Assembly (NCBI GenBank): GCA_965113315.1
Contig: OZ220379.1
Length of the DNA: 64,000 bases
Direction: 5' to 3' (one strand)
DNA from: Podarcis vaucheri
Lineage: Eukaryota
The translations under genes were made by a program, and so were the position numbers. Within the stretch, counting starts at the first letter, position 1; every line of letters begins with the position of its first letter. Positions 1 to 13,702 of the stretch are shown here, in pieces. The notes under the pieces are model-generated. The model was not told the DNA's origin and did no database searches. It saw only the letters and a program-made list of their open reading frames with translations.

Positions 1-797
1 GCAGTGAGGGTAAAAAGACAGTCACCTCAGAAGACGCAACTTCAATCCTCTTTAAGCAACCTATGAAATTTTATGGCAGTGGCAATAAAATTGCAAAATA
101 GGAATATCTATACCTCCCTCCCTCTGGTGGCTATAACAAACATGATTATTCAGCCGATAATGTTTTCCAGTGTCAATATAGCCATTGAGAAGTCAATGCC
201 ACCAACATTGTTCTTTGAGCTCAAGCCACACAGGAAGGGATTGAACAGGTGCAATACGTTCATTTTTACTGCTGAGACGGGACCTAACCATGTGAAATGA
301 ATGCCTTTCCACCATTTCTGAAGCCAGCCATCCCTGGGGCTTTCAGTCTTTTCATTTTTTTTTATAACCTCATGCATTTCCTTTTTATCTACTGGACCAT
401 TAAGAAACATCATGTGTTCATGAGTCTTACCATGACTCAATTATTATAAACAATAATTGTCCCGACTCCCAGTGGATGATGAAGAATTCAAATTCAGAGT
501 ACAGTTTCTGCCCAAACCCTTGAATGCTCAGATCCAGTATGGTTCATAGACAAAACAGGGTTCAGACGCACAACGGGTGCTGTGCATGGCAAACTAAGCT
601 GAGATTTTGACCCAACAAATGACACATTTCCTTATATCCCATTATATGGGAATGGGGCAGGCAAGTTGACTATCACCATCTTTGGTGTGCGGTTAAAATA
701 TTACCGCACTCCAAGGAAACACGATTACAGTTTATACTTGAGAATCGCATGCATAAGATTATAGATAATTTTTGATTAATGTGGAGTCTTGGTATAG

Positions 798-822
798 ATA
801 ATACTAATACTAATACTAATAC

Positions 823-857
<35 letters not shown>
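798..857. repeat. (ACTAAT)n/(AAT)n microsatellite
   Basis: Seen directly. Confidence 0.9.
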
Positions 858-1806
858 GAGGAAAGAGTGCTGGAAACTTGTGGCATCTTTGTGACATTTG
901 CTTTATTTACAAATATGCAAACAGAGCATAGTGAATAGATGATTTGTTTATGCGTGGACACATCATGGGTATCAAGAAAATACTCTCCCCCACCCCCACA
1001 GAATCCTGAAACATATATCAGGAAATTGAACAATATCAATCTGAGCATTTTAAAAAAAAATGTGATCAATGCCGTAGTTCATCACAACAAGCTGAATAAT
1101 ATTTGAGATGTTGCGGCTATTTCTGAAGCCAGTTGCTGGCTCACAAATACATATGAGGAGTTATTAGAAATTGGACAAGCTGACAGTAATTAGGAAATGC
1201 TCTCTTGAAGCCTCCATGGAGCTAATTAAAAAGTTTGTGTTTGGAAAACGTAACTTGTAGACATGAGCCTGATTTAGATGGATGCTGAGTCTCTCTAGCT
1301 TGTATTAAATTTGAAGGGCACCAGCTCATTTCTTCCACTTCCAGGATGAAACCCTGAAGACTCCAGGGCCTTGTTTATAGCTATGGATGATGAAAGCCTT
1401 GACGTGATGCGTTTCACCATTAGCTTCCTAAGCAAGCTCCCAGTGCAGGGCTTGCCAAGGGAGCCTCTGACCTCTGAGAAAACACTGCGTTTTGCACCCT
1501 GAAGACATCACCTCGATGCAAAGCAGCATACAGCAAAGGGTGCAGAAGGTATAAGATTCCTCAGAAAGTGACAGAAGATGAGGGGGGGGGGACACATCAT
1601 CCTCTCCCCACCCCCCGCAAAGAGTGGACTGATATATTGAAGTCTGTGTGTTTTCTTACGTCCCATCTTGAAAGAGTATAGAAGAAATGAAAAAAAAAGC
1701 AAACCAGGGCAGATTGCAGGGACACTTGTGGGTTGCTTAAGAGTTTGGTGCAAAGGGACATCAGCAAAGAGAAGAAGGCTGTGAAGATGACTTACTAGTG
1801 ATGGGA

Positions 1807-2051
1807 TGTTGTTGTTGTTTAGTCGTGTACGCCTCTTCGTGACCCCATGGACCAGAGCATGCCAGGCACTCCTGTCTTCCACTACCTCCCGCAGTTTGGT
1901 CAAACTCATGCTGGTAGCTTCGAGAACACTATCCAACCATCTCGTCCTCTGTCGTCCCCTTCTCCTTGTGCCTGCCATCTTTCCCAACATCAGGGTCTTT
2001 TCCAGGGAGTCTTCTCTTCTCATGAGGTGGCCAAAGTATTGGAGCCTCAGG
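1807..2051 (-). mobile_element. RTE-BovB LINE 3' fragment
   Basis: LRLQYFGHLMRREDSLEKTLMLGK...RWLD and a (CAA)n tail. Confidence 0.88.
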
Positions 2052-2447
2052 ATGTAGACCATGTCAGTCATGTACTGAAAATATTATAGATTGCTTTTCA
2101 TCATGAGGTTACCCAATGTGCTGAATCCTATTCATTGCTAGGAACCAGGCACTGCACTAACCCTGAAGGAGATCAGCAGGATAATTATAAAGGTGGAAAG
2201 CAAAGGACATGACACACAGCTCTCTTCTGCAACAGAAGGGTATGGTCAGGGCGCTCAGGAGGAAGAGCTGAGCAGCACCACTGCCTCCTAGCACATGCTG
2301 CCTGAGGCAGTCAGCTCACCCTGCTTAATGGTAGGACCAGCCCTGGGTAAACTACAATACCCAGAATTCTTTGAGAGAAAGAACGTGCCTTAAAGGTTTA
2401 GCGTACTCTGGGTGACACCCAGGTGGTTGTGTCTTCACAAGCAAAAC

Positions 2448-3129
2448 TGTTGGGTGTACTGAAGGGTTAACCTTCTGTGCCTCAAGCCTGAGAGGAGGCG
2501 CTTACAAGGGAAGTAAGCCAGGACGTGATGAAAGCAGCTTGGAATGCTGTGAGCTGAGTGAAAAGCGAAAGCAGTTTGTTGCGTAGCTGCAAACAGAGGG
2601 AGAAGATGCAGCTTGAATCTGATGGCTATTATGAATTGTAAATATGCTACTTTTGAGCAAATAAAGGGATAGTAGGACAGAAGAAACGTGTGGGACTTGT
2701 TTACTGCCCTTTCAACACGGACGCTGTGTAATTCTGCTAATTGCTTTACGATCTACAGAGGCTCCCAGGGGAAGCGTGGCTGGGCGCCAAACAATAAAGC
2801 AATAAATCCACTGGACAAAAACTGGCCCTATCTTTTCAGCAGCCCTGACTACGTTTGTAGAGGCAGCTCTTGAGCGGAAAGGCAGGGAAGATTTCTGTTT
2901 GAATCCAAGGCTGCAGCTATGGGAGAAACAAGACCCTCTTGGGGTGTTAATGCTGCAAACCCCTTCATCATAGGTTCAGGTTGTATATATGTGTGTAGAT
3001 AAATCATATATCATAAAGGCACCATAGTCTCTGCTGTGCCTCATTTCTGAAAGAAAACATGACTCCTAGGTGAACGCCTGGAACCTCTGGAATCTCGCAC
3101 CACTCAAAGACTGGAGTGGAGTGCAACAA
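2448..3129 (+). mobile_element. LTR-like repeat (copy 1)
   Basis: Shares gaatcca.g.tgcagctatgggaga...gaccctcttg...tggaatct...tgcaaca with 11100-11521. Boundaries uncertain. Confidence 0.45.
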
Positions 3130-3738
3130 TATTCTAGACTCGGGGTTATTGTGTGGTTTAAGTGTATATACAATTTGTTTATACACAAGCTAGGAATTAT
3201 GGGTTATTTTTTTCCTATATGCTGGGAGAAAGTCTTGGAAAAGCTCACATGCTAGTCCCCCAATCTAGCAAGCCCAGTATGTGGAACTAGGCTTTGACGT
3301 ACGCATCCCTGTCTTGAGCCAGTTCCCCCATGCAGAAAAAGCTGCTCTGTACAGGGAATGATAACTAGCAGCCAAGAGTGCACAGAAATAGCTCCTTATC
3401 AAGTTGGGGCTGCAAGGGCACCCAGTGAAATAGATAGCTATAGCTGTTAGTGCGGATCCCTTATCTGGGGACTCCAGTTCCATTTGCCATTTCCAGTTTC
3501 CTCTCCAATGAGTGGCAGTATCAGCTTTCTGTTCAGTGGAGAGATCCCTGCACACAGCATAGTTCAGCGCTGCATATCTGAAACCAGCTGCCTTTTGGCC
3601 CCTCCCATTCCATTCTCGCTGGTCATTGTAAGTTTAAGTATCTGATTAAGCACTGGTGTCTAATCTGCTTGTTTTTCCTCTACCCTTTCCGTTCCATTTT
3701 CCTTTTGTGTCATGTCACATAGATTCTAAGTGTACTTC

Positions 3739-4421
3739 TGTGGTGTTCGTATGGAGCCCCTGGTCATCTCACAGACTATTGACCCGTACACCACTAATCC
3801 GCTGCCACCAACCAGGTCCTCCCCGGTAAATCACTTAGTCTCAGTCAGGTTCTTAAGTTAACAATGAAGATTGTAGTTTATTGCAAACACAATTAAACTT
3901 TAAATGCATTCGAAAAGCTGTTACCCATTACCCTCTTAGTTTGACAGTGGTACCTCGGGTTACATACGCTTCAGGTTACATACGCTTCAGGTTACAGACT
4001 CTGCTAACCCAGAAATAGTACCTCAAGTTAAGAACTTTGCTTCAGGATGAGAACAGAAATTGTGCGGCGGCGCAGCAGCAGTGGGAGGCCCCATTAGCTA
4101 AAGTGGTGCTTCAGGTTAAGAACAGTTTCAGGTTAAGAACGGACCTCCGGAACGAATTAAGTACTTAACCTGAGGTACCACCGTATTTTATTCTGTCTCT
4201 AACTCTTCTACCTCCCCTCACACAAGAACCAACTGCACTGTCTATTTCCATCAGTCTGCCAACTGCTTTCCCAACTGCCTTTTCCCAACTAACCAACTAA
4301 ACTTCGGGCTAAGCCCTTTTATAAACAGGTAGGCTCCGCCTCTGGCTTTTCTATTGGTCTACCAATTAACTCTTTCTCTCCCCCTGTACAGACATTTTCA
4401 AAAGAACGGGCAAACGCCACA
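3739..4421. mobile_element. Solo LTR with nested MITE
   Basis: Inverted termini TGTGGTGTT...AACGCCACA flanked by 5-bp TSD ACTTC. Confidence 0.7.
3945..4183 (+). mobile_element. Tc1/mariner(Tigger)-type MITE, CAGTGGTACCTC-TIR family
   Basis: Terminal inverted repeats; family repeated about 12 times in the window. Confidence 0.8.
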
Positions 4422-4469
4422 ACTTCTTTTTAAACTCACAATCCCTCATCATAGCCCTGATACAGAGAG

Positions 4470-4810
4470 ATAGTTTTTTTTAGCCTGGAAAAGAGGAGAT
4501 TGAGAGGAGATAGGATAGCCACCTTCAAATATCTGAAGGGCTGTCATATGGAGCAAGCTTGTTTTCTTATGCTCTGGAGGGCAGGACACGAACCAATGGC
4601 TTCAAGTTACAAGACAGGAGATTCCAACTAAACATCAGGAAGAACTTTCTGACAGTAAGAGCTGTTTGACAGCAGAACAGACTCGCATGAGAGGTGGGGG
4701 CCTCTCCTTCCTTGGAGGTTTCAAAGCAAAGGTTGGATGGCTATCTGTCATGTGTGATTTATTTGAGCTTCCTAGATGACCCTTGGAGTCCCTTCCAACT
4801 CTATTATTCT
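4470..4810 (+). mobile_element. CR1 LINE 3' end
   Basis: agcctggaaaagaggagattgagagg...ggtcccttccaactc-type CR1 terminus. Confidence 0.75.
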
Positions 4811-5089
4811 TTTTCTTTCTGCTGCAACCCACCATTTTTTTAAAATAAATGTTAAAAAAATTACAGAGTTGTGGTCAGACGGATGCCAAGAAACAACAAC
4901 ATCAACAATAACAATAACAGAGATTGGTGGTCTTCCCAGCAGAGGTGAGTTTTTGAAAGCTGCAGGGAAGAAAGAATAAATTTGTTCATAAGTGAATGAA
5001 CATGCCTGCCCAGGTCACAACCACTGCTAGCCAATACCTCACCTGCCTCAGTATACCAATCACTGCATGTGACCTTCATGGGCAAAACA

Positions 5090-5338
5090 AAGAAGAAGAA
5101 GAGTTTGGATTTGATACCCCACTTTATCACTACCCGAAGGAGTCTCAAAGTGACTAACATTCTCCTTTCCCTTCCTCCCCCACAACAAACACTCTGTAAG
5201 GTGAGTGAGGCTGAGAGACTTCAGAGAAGTGTGACTAGCCCAAGGTCACCCAGCAGCTGCATGTGGAGGAGCGGAGACGCGAACCCGGTTCACCAGATTA
5301 CAAGTCTACCACTCTTAACCATTACACCACACTGGCTC
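5090..5338 (-). mobile_element. tRNA-derived CORE-type SINE (Squam3-like) with (CTT)n tail
   Basis: Head GAGCCAGTGTGGTGTAATGGTTAAGAG...GGTTCG and MIR-like GGGTGACCTTGGGC; near-identical to 59305-59546. Confidence 0.75.
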
Positions 5339-6099
5339 AAAGGTTGCCCATCTCCTGTTAGGCAAGACTAGCCTGACAACTTCTCCTCATGCTTCTCTTC
5401 ACAGCACTCAGACTGACCAAAGACAAAGTGACCATTTTGTTCCAGTGACTTGTGCTATAGCTACTGCAACTCCAGCCTCCTTGATGGCTCTTCATGCCAT
5501 GAAATTCTACTCAATATTTATCCAGAGCAGATTCCAATGTATAGTTAGCAGAGTAAAAACTTAAACACGTTGCAGGATTCCCCAAAAATAGACCAGAGGC
5601 AATTACTATGTCATCCAGCAGAGCTTTACTGGCATTGAAGGCAAATGAGCATAATGGTCACAAATGCAATACATTCAGGATTGGCACTGTCCATAAGAAA
5701 TCCAGTTGCAGCAGACTTAACTTAAATTTACAATAACTTATAATACGTCTAAACCTTAACACTAAGCATGCTATGTACAGAACACCACACCAGAAGGAAA
5801 AGAGATAGAAAGAGAAAGTGAAACCCTGGCTCCTTCTGGCCTCACTATTATAGTCAGAAGACATAAGAGAACCAGTTTAAGCCAGCTGTGCTCAGCTTCT
5901 AAGAAGGAATAACCCAAACATCATGGACCTTCTGCTTGTTTCTTTCACACAGAGAAGCTTCCGGAACCCTTTTGAATTAATTAGAATAGGAAACATCAGA
6001 TCAATACTTTCTGCACTAAGAAATGCAAACTGACACTTCAGGTCCTTGAAATCTACTGTGATTATGAATGTATCTTCAGTTCCTTACACTGCACAAGGC

Positions 6100-6783
6100 A
6101 AACAATTGTAACCCAATTCCAGGAGCCAAGATGCCAACATATAACAAACACATTTACACCCTTCTCTGAACCTGAGCCCCTTCAAGGAATTCATTGGGAA
6201 AGAAGCTGATGGATTTATCTGTCTATCCACCTTCCTGGCAGGAACCCAGGTACTCTGTCAAAAAGAAATCGCAGAACAATTACCTGTAACCCTGAATGAA
6301 ATCACTATTTGGAATCACTGCTTCTTCTCAGTGATGCCAGAACTCTTTAATTACCTGCAGATGGCCCCATCACTGCATCGATTTGGATTTGAAGGAAGCG
6401 TACAACTTGGTGCACATTTGGAAAAAAGGAGGCAGGGCTGGCAAATAGAAAAGTCCTTAAAACATGATATAGCCTTGTCCTTCTTTCTCTGCAGTGCTCT
6501 GGTAGTCTTTCAGGACTTTACGAACGGCATGTTCCAAGACATGCAAGATCAATTCATAATCATCTACTGGGATAAAATCCTGATCTACCCTGAGATATTC
6601 CAGCAACATATAGCAGCCGTCCATTGGGTCTCGCAGTGGCGCCATGAACACCATCTATATGCTAAACTGAAGAAATGCACATTTGATTCGGTCACCGTCG
6701 GATGCCTTGGCCTTGTGTTTTCCCCACACATCCCAATTTGTCCAGAATCCAGATGAACATCTCCCATGCATGAACCTCGTTGG
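6100..6783 (+). mobile_element. Degraded Ty3/gypsy pol (reverse transcriptase) fragment
   Basis: FQDF.N..FQDM.DQFIIIYWDKILIY (decayed YLDD) ...LYAKLKKCTF...LG. Confidence 0.75.
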
Positions 6784-7200
6784 TGTCAGGAGTGCATGCA
6801 GGAGCCAGGCCCTGTGACTAATAGGACTTTGCAGGACTGGGGCCTTCCTAAGTTTGTTCTGAAGAGGCAGGGTGTGGCCGCACAGGTGAGGCTGATTAGT
6901 AACTTACAGCAAGAGCCGGGAAGGGATATAAGGTCAGCATTTCCATTCGGCTCTTTGCCACAGCAACACGTTCCTGCCTTGCTGTATTTGGCTCCTTGAC
7001 TCCCTGCTTCTTGATCCCCGGACCCTTGACTTTGTGACTCTTTGCTTCTTAATCCCCGGACCCTTGGCTTCCTGACTCCTGGTTTCTGGACTCCTGTTCC
7101 TGCTCCAACCCCGCCATCTTGCTCCCGGTCCTGACGTCCCCAGCCAGGACTTTGATCGCCCATGAACTGGACCGTGCAGTTGGACCGGCAGATACCATAG
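6784..7200 (+). mobile_element. Probable LTR adjoining the gypsy fragment
   Basis: Starts TGTCAGGA; TATAA-like box; internal ggac(c/t)c/cttg repeats. End uncertain. Confidence 0.45.
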
Positions 7201-8391
7201 ATACAGAAAGATCTGTAGTGGTTTCTAAGTTCCACCTATTATTACCATTCCTTTCTTTAAAACTTTCTCCACTGTTGCACCACTCTTGAGAGCTCTCCTG
7301 AAAACCAGCCAGCCAATCCCATGGAGCCTTATTACCGCATTAAGGATTAGCAGGGCAGAACAACAGGTTCTTGCTCTGGAGAACTCAATGTTCATTTAAA
7401 ATGTTCTTTATCTCGTGGGTTTTTCTTCTTCCTTAAATAATTAATGGAAACAAAAATTAGTAAATAAGAAGCACACACAGTAACTCAACTCCTAAACCAA
7501 AGTTAATTGCAAGGCACTGTTAGTTACTAATATGAGACTAGTAAGAGTTGCTTTCACAGTTACTTCAGTTTTTAGCTGCTGGCTTCACTGAGGGCCGAAT
7601 GTTTTCAGAAGTCGAATGGACGTCCGGAACAGATTCCGTTCAACAACCAAGGTATGACTGTATACAACTTTCAGAAGGTTTTTTATGTTTAATGTTTTAA
7701 ATTTTTTTATACATGTTGGAAGTCACCTAGAGTGGCTGGGGCAACCCAAACAGATGGGCAGGGTAGCAATAGTAATAATAGTAATAATAATAATAACAAA
7801 GGAGGAGGAGGAGGGAAAGAACATCCCTACTTTCATCAGAGAAATGTTGAAGGGTATGTCACTGAACGATGTATCCCCTCCACTGCTTTCCTTTATCTTC
7901 TGAGATGCTTCCCTTCACATCTTCTGCTTCTCTCCCTTTATACATTCCATGTGCCTCCCTCTGCCAATAAATTGCCTTTGCAGGGGTGGTCACTTACAGG
8001 TCTTGGATGTTGTAGGCCTGGGGTCAGCTGAGCCTGAGCTCCACTGTGGCACCATGCCCTGGGTACCATAGCTCAGGATGGGGCATCACTCAGTAGAACA
8101 GCCCCTGCTTTGCATACAAAAGGTTCCAGCTTCAATTCCTAACATCTCCAGTTTAAAAAGAACCAGGAAAGACGTGAGGGTGGGGGGGAACCCTGCTCCA
8201 AACCCTGGAGACCTGCTGCCAATCAGGGTAGACAACATGGAGCCAAGTGAACACACAGCATGACCTCCTAGTATAAAGCAGCTTCTGATGTACCTTGTCA
8301 GTGGGTGGCCCTGTTTCAACTACATGGTAATACCAGCTTTGCAAGTAGGAGGTTGGAGGCCTGAGATGAAATGCAGGGGGGATAAAGGATA

Positions 8392-8732
8392 AATAATAAT
8401 AATAATAATTTATTATTTGTACCCCTCCCATCTGGCTGGGTTTCTCCAGCCACTCTGGGCGGCTTCCACAGAGACCAAAAATACACTAAAATGTCACCCA
8501 TTAAAAACGTCCCTGAACAGGGCTGCCTTGAGATGTCTTCTGAATGTCAGGTAGTTGTTTATCACTTGGACATCTGATGGGAGGGCGTTCCACAGGGCGG
8601 GCGCCACTACCGAGAAGGCCCTCTGCCTGGTTCCCTGTAACCTCACTTCTCACAGGGAGGGAACCGTGAGAAGGCCCTCGGAGCTGGACCTCAGCGTCTG
8701 GGCAGAACGGTGGGGGTGGAGACGCTTCTTCA
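8392..8732 (-). mobile_element. L2-like LINE 3' end with (TTA)n tail (related: 33076-33305, 34590-35240, 46561-46908)
   Basis: RAFSVVAP.LW..LP-type C-terminus (agggccttctcggtagtggcgccc) and a shared 3' UTR. Confidence 0.7.
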
Positions 8733-9517
8733 AGAACTGGTTAATTTCCACTACCCACAGTGCAAAAGCTTAAGGCTGCTGAACTTGGGGGCTAAATGAA
8801 TAACTTCCGGTTCACCTATTCCCCAAACTCAGCAATTTTCTACTGTTTAGCACAATAGCCTGATAAAGCTGGCGGCTGAGGTTTGAGGCTGGGTTAGAGA
8901 TCCAACTCTGATTGTCTGAGTCTGGTGCGGGAGCGTATTTCCTTCCTTCTCCTCCATCCTATGCTGCAGTGAAAGCTGGTAGGGATGGTTAAGGTCTGAC
9001 ACATCTCAGGTGTATCTTCTGACTCTATTTTCACCTCTCTCGTTCCAGAATACCTCTAGCTACCTGGGGCTTGATGAGGCCACCTCTCTCCTCCTATTCC
9101 TTTTTCTTTATTTATCTGTATACACACCATACATTTAATGCATCTGCCAAGAATCCTGGGAGCTGTAGCTCACCCCTCAGAAAGCTACAATTCCCAGCAC
9201 TCTGAACAAACTTCAGTTTCCAGGATTATTTGGGGTGAGTCATGCACTTTAAAGGACTTTAAATATATGGTACATGTACAGAGCCAAAGTTCTTCAGTTG
9301 ATGTTTAGCTGTTCTCAGCTTTGCATGAGGGTAATGCACATTCTCAGTCCTCCACAAGCTGTTTGGGTCCACTGCTCCATTATTATTTTTCATTTACAAG
9401 CTAATACTTTTCTACATACCTGGGTGTCCCTTAAATATATGCAACCCCCTACCTTTTTGCTTGTAAGGTGGCCCCATTTGACTGCATTTGATAGGCATAG
9501 GACTATCAAGTTTAGTA

Positions 9518-9743
9518 CAGTGGTACCTCGGGCTACATACGCTTCAGGTTACAGACTCTGCCAACCCAGAAATAGTACCTCGGGTTAAGAACTTTGCTTC
9601 AGGATGAGAACAGAAATCGTGCTCTGGCGGCTCGGTGGCAGCAGGAGGCCCCATCAGCTAAAGGGGTGCTTCAGGTTAAGAACAGTTTCAGGTTAAGAAC
9701 GGACCTCCGGAACGAATTCAATACTTAACCTGAGGTACCACTG
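9518..9743 (+). mobile_element. CAGTGGTACCTC MITE
   Basis: TIRs with TA flanks. Confidence 0.85.
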
Positions 9744-9959
9744 TATTAGGTAAATGATGAGGAGGATGTCATAGGAAACATCCACTGGGTGGCAGCACAG
9801 CTCTGTAATATCAGAAACAGAAAAATGGCAAGACAGCCTTCGCTACAGGTCAATAACTAAGAAAGCATGCATGTCCTGTTTCAGAGGTGAACAGGGCCGA
9901 ATAATGGCACAGGTGCGTGTTATCAACAGTTCAACATGGAAAAGTGGGAGGCATCTACA

Positions 9960-11100
9960 GAAATTGGTGTGGCTGCATAAGGAGCTTACAGATGAGCTGA
10001 GATTTAAGATGGGCATGTACAGTGGTACCTCAGGTTAAGTACTTAATTTGTTCTGGAGGTCCGTTCTTAACCTGAACCTGTTCTTAACCTGAGGTACCAC
10101 TTTAGCTAATGGGGCCTCCCGCTGCCGCTGCGCTGCCACCGCATGATTTCTGTTCTCATCCTGAAGCAAAGTTCTTAACCTGAGTACTATTTCTGGGTTA
10201 GTGGAGTCTGTAACCTGAAGCGTATGTAACCCGAGGTACCACTGTATAAGAAATGGAAGAAAGGGGGAAACCCAAAGGAAGAGTATACATAAGTAGCCAA
10301 CAGTTGCAGGGAGAAGATCAGGTGGGCCAAAGCTCAGAATGAGCTCAGGCTTGCAAGAGAGGTCAAACATAATTTTTAAAAGGTTTCTTCGGCTATGTTC
10401 AAAGCAAGAGGATGAACAAGCAAGTAGCAGGTCCTTGGCACGGAGAAGACTAAGAAATGCTACTGGGTGACAAAGAAAAATCAGAACTGCTCAACACCTA
10501 CTTTGCCCCGTCTTCACCGAAGATAAGAAAACAGGTGGTAGAGGAACACTTAGCTACTTTAAATGAATTCAACTCTCCAAGACCTGATAAGCTGCACCCA
10601 AGGGTACTAATGGAGCTTGCGGATGTAGTCTCAGAGCCTCTTGAGAATTCTTGGAGAACAGGTGAGATCCTCGCAGACTGGAGGGGGGTAAATGCTGTCC
10701 CCAACTTCAAAAAGGGGGGAAATAAGACCCAGGTATCTACTAACTGGTGAGCTTGACATTAATACCAGGAAAGGTCCTAGAACAGATAACAGTCAGTCTG
10801 TGAACACTTAGGAAAGAATGCTGTGATTACTATGACCCAGCATGTGAAACGGATCTAAGGATTTTAGCAGAACACAAACTTAACATGAGAAAACAGTGTG
10901 ATACTATTTAAAAGCTATTGCTGTTCAAGGCTGCATCAGCAGAAGTATAGTGTCCCCAATCAAGGGAAGTAATTGTACCGCTCTATTCAGCCTTGGCCAG
11001 ACCACACCTGGGGGTACTGTGTCGAGTTCTGGGCGCCACAATTTAAGCAGGATATTGACAGGCTGGAATGTGCGCAGAGGAGAACGACTACGATGATAAA
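9960..11100 (+). mobile_element. Degraded CR1 LINE ORF2 with nested MITE
   Basis: EKSELLNTYF, SPRPDKLHPRVLMELADVVSEPL, DWR...PNFKKG and EFWAPQFKQDIDRLE.QRR peptides. Confidence 0.8.
10020..10244 (-). mobile_element. CAGTGGTACCTC MITE inserted in CR1
   Basis: TIRs with TA flanks. Confidence 0.85.
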
Positions 11101-11521
11101 GGGATACGTGCCAGACACTTCTAATCCTTTAATTAAGCCAAGTTTTAAAAGCTAGTTGTGAGTTAGAAGCTTAGGGTAGGCAGTGGAGAAGCAGGTAAAC
11201 AGGAGGTGCAGCGCAATGGCTGATGTATGTCTGAATCCAGGGATGCAGCTATGGGAGAAGGCAAGAGACCCTCTTGGAATGTGATGCTGGGAACCGGCTC
11301 AAGTTGTAGATACATAATAATAATAATAAATTTTATTTATATCCCGCCGTCCCCAGCCGAAGCCGGGCTCATGTAAGATACATGTAAGTAAACCATATAT
11401 AGTAAAGACACCACAGTCTCCCTCTGTGTCTCATTTTCCAAAAGGAAACACTAATTGAGTAAGTGTACCTGGAACTCCCTGGAATCTTGTACTGCTCAGA
11501 AATTGGGGGTGGCATGCAACA
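11100..11521 (+). mobile_element. LTR-like repeat (copy 2)
   Basis: Similar to 2890-3129; contains a short (AAT)n-tailed insertion near 11315-11370. Confidence 0.45.
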
Positions 11522-12247
11522 ATATTGTGGTGACCAGTTCTGGTTTTCTATGACTAGCATAAATATTTTAGCAGTATTTAAATAAAATAAATTATGGACA
11601 CGCTTATAAACGCTAAAGTCAGTATCTTATATTCTGAGGCCCTTGGGAGCTTTTAGGGCCAAACTGTATGTGATGTCCCATCACATGTTTTAAAAAAGAA
11701 CAACTGGTTGCTTTTATTTTGGAGGGGAGAAAGAACTGGAGAAGCTTTAATCTGGAATCTAAGTCGACCCTGCACTGGTTTTATGTTAAAAATCACCTCC
11801 TACCTGACTGCTATTTGCCCATAAATGTGCTGTTATTTTCATAAGAAGGTTATATAGAGAGTTGAACTGTGCCCAAAATCCAGACAAAATTTAGGGAATG
11901 ATAAGTTTTCTTGGGGGTGGGGAACTGTTGCCTAAAGACAAACACATTTCATCTATGTCATAAATTGCCTCTGGAAAAGCAATCTCTCTCACCACTGTGC
12001 TGGCATGCAAGCATTCAACAGGATGGCACATGATTAAATTAGGATTGATTGGCAAGAATTTGAAACTGTTGCCTGCAGCAGAACAGCTCAATTAACTTTC
12101 ATTTTTGTATGGAGTGAGCAGCTGCATGAGGAATACAAGATGTGCTTCAAAATCAGCGGAAGTTGTTATTCTCCTTTTGAGTGTAATTTATCAGGAAGTT
12201 TTCTCTGGGTAAACCCTGTCCATGGATTGTATTGGCATTGTTTAGAG

Positions 12248-13702
12248 CACCTGTGGGTTGCGACCCCTTTGGGGATCAAATGACCTTTTCACAGGGGTCG
12301 CCTTAGACCAGGGGTCAGCAAGCTTTTGGGGGGGGTGGGCTCCTCTGCCGCCAACAGCCTCTGCCACTCGCAAGGGAATTTCCTTATTCCGAATAGGATT
12401 CCTTGCAAGAAAAGGGAAAAGTTGACAGCTATGGACATCACCGTGCCAACCCCATCACACACACCCCGTACAAATACAGGTGTATGTGATAGGATTGGCG
12501 CCATAATGTACTTATGCGGACCCATCACAGCTACTGTGTAGAACAGCTACAGAGAACAGCTACTGTGCAGAGAGCAGCTGCTGTGTTGAAAGCAGCTACA
12601 GTGGTACCTCAGGTTACATATGCTTCAGGTTACAGACTCCGTTAACCCAGAAATATTACCTCAGGTTAAGAACTTTGCTTCAGGATGAGAACAGAAATCG
12701 TGCATCTTTGTCATCTTGAGTGAGTTAAATTTATCACTGCAAGGACCAAATTCAACATGCCTCGATTTGTCTGAAAAGATCCGATCATTCCAAATGAAAC
12801 TTCAGCTTTGGCAAAAAAAGAAGAAGGATGAAAATAAAATTAAATGTTGCCTACCTTATCTGCTTCCTTTGAGGAACATGACATTGAACCAGACAAAAGG
12901 ATTACGATGATAATTTCTGTGAAAGAACACTTGCACATGCTTGCAGGCAAAATGTCATTGAACGTTCCAAATCTACCTGACACCCCATTTGCACTTGTCA
13001 GAAGCCCATTCACAGTCAAAGTTGAAGGTGTTCCTGAGACAGTACAAGAGGAGATCATTGAACTTATTAACAGCGATGCAGCGAGAACTGATTTCTCTAC
13101 AATGCCAGTTACAAAATTCAAGTGTTTGCAGTCATATCCTGTTCTGTCTGAGACTGTGTTGGCCTCCTTCCATTTCCAACAACATATCTTTGTGAAACAG
13201 GGTTTTCCAGCTTGTTGGTTATCAAGTCTAAATACAGAAGTAGACTTGTTGTGGAAGATGATCTTTGTTGTGCTCTTGCAAAGATTGCCCCGAGAATTTC
13301 TGATCTGGTGAGAAAGAAGCAATCTCAACCTTTGTACTGACGTTGGCTTTTTACGCATACTGTCACAAAATGTAGCAATGTAGTTTACTGTTGTTATATT
13401 AAGACTGTTACCCATGCTACACCATGCTTCAAGACAAAATTTCATTTATTTGTAATTAGAAATAAATATTTCACAATTTATAATTACATATTGTTTTTGT
13501 GATTAATCACTATGCTTTAATTACGTTCAATTTGTAACGATGAAAATACATCCTGCATATCAGATATTTACATTACGATTCATAACAGTAGCAAAATTAC
13601 AGTTACGAAGTTGCAACGAAAATAATTTTCTGGTTGGGGGATCACCACAGCATGAGGAACTGTATTAAAAGGTCGCAGCATTAGGAAGGTTGAGAACCAC
13701 TG
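12248..13702 (+). mobile_element. SPIN (Space Invader) hAT DNA transposon, internally deleted, with degraded transposase C-terminus (~12703-13340)
   Basis: Perfect 8-bp TSD GTTTAGAG (12240-12247, 13703-13710); 3' TIR AGGTTGAGAACCACTG; 5' end CA..CCTGTGGGTTGCGACCCC; frameshifted ORF ELNLSLQG...LQLWQK...ELINSDAARTDFSTMPV..KCLQSYPVLSE from the hAT dimerization region. Confidence 0.88.
12599..12702 (+). mobile_element. Half CAGTGGTACCTC MITE nested in SPIN
   Basis: Left TIR only; truncated at the junction with SPIN transposase sequence. Confidence 0.75.

Noticed and set aside
73-440. Short ORFs at the window start, where odorant or taste receptors might be expected from human synteny
   Set aside because: No GPCR motifs or long hydrophobic frame are visible.
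673-1069. ORFs with poly-Leu/Ile/Tyr/Cys runs (also 28517, 46468, 46550, 63086)
   Set aside because: These are translations of (AAT)n and (AAC)n microsatellites.
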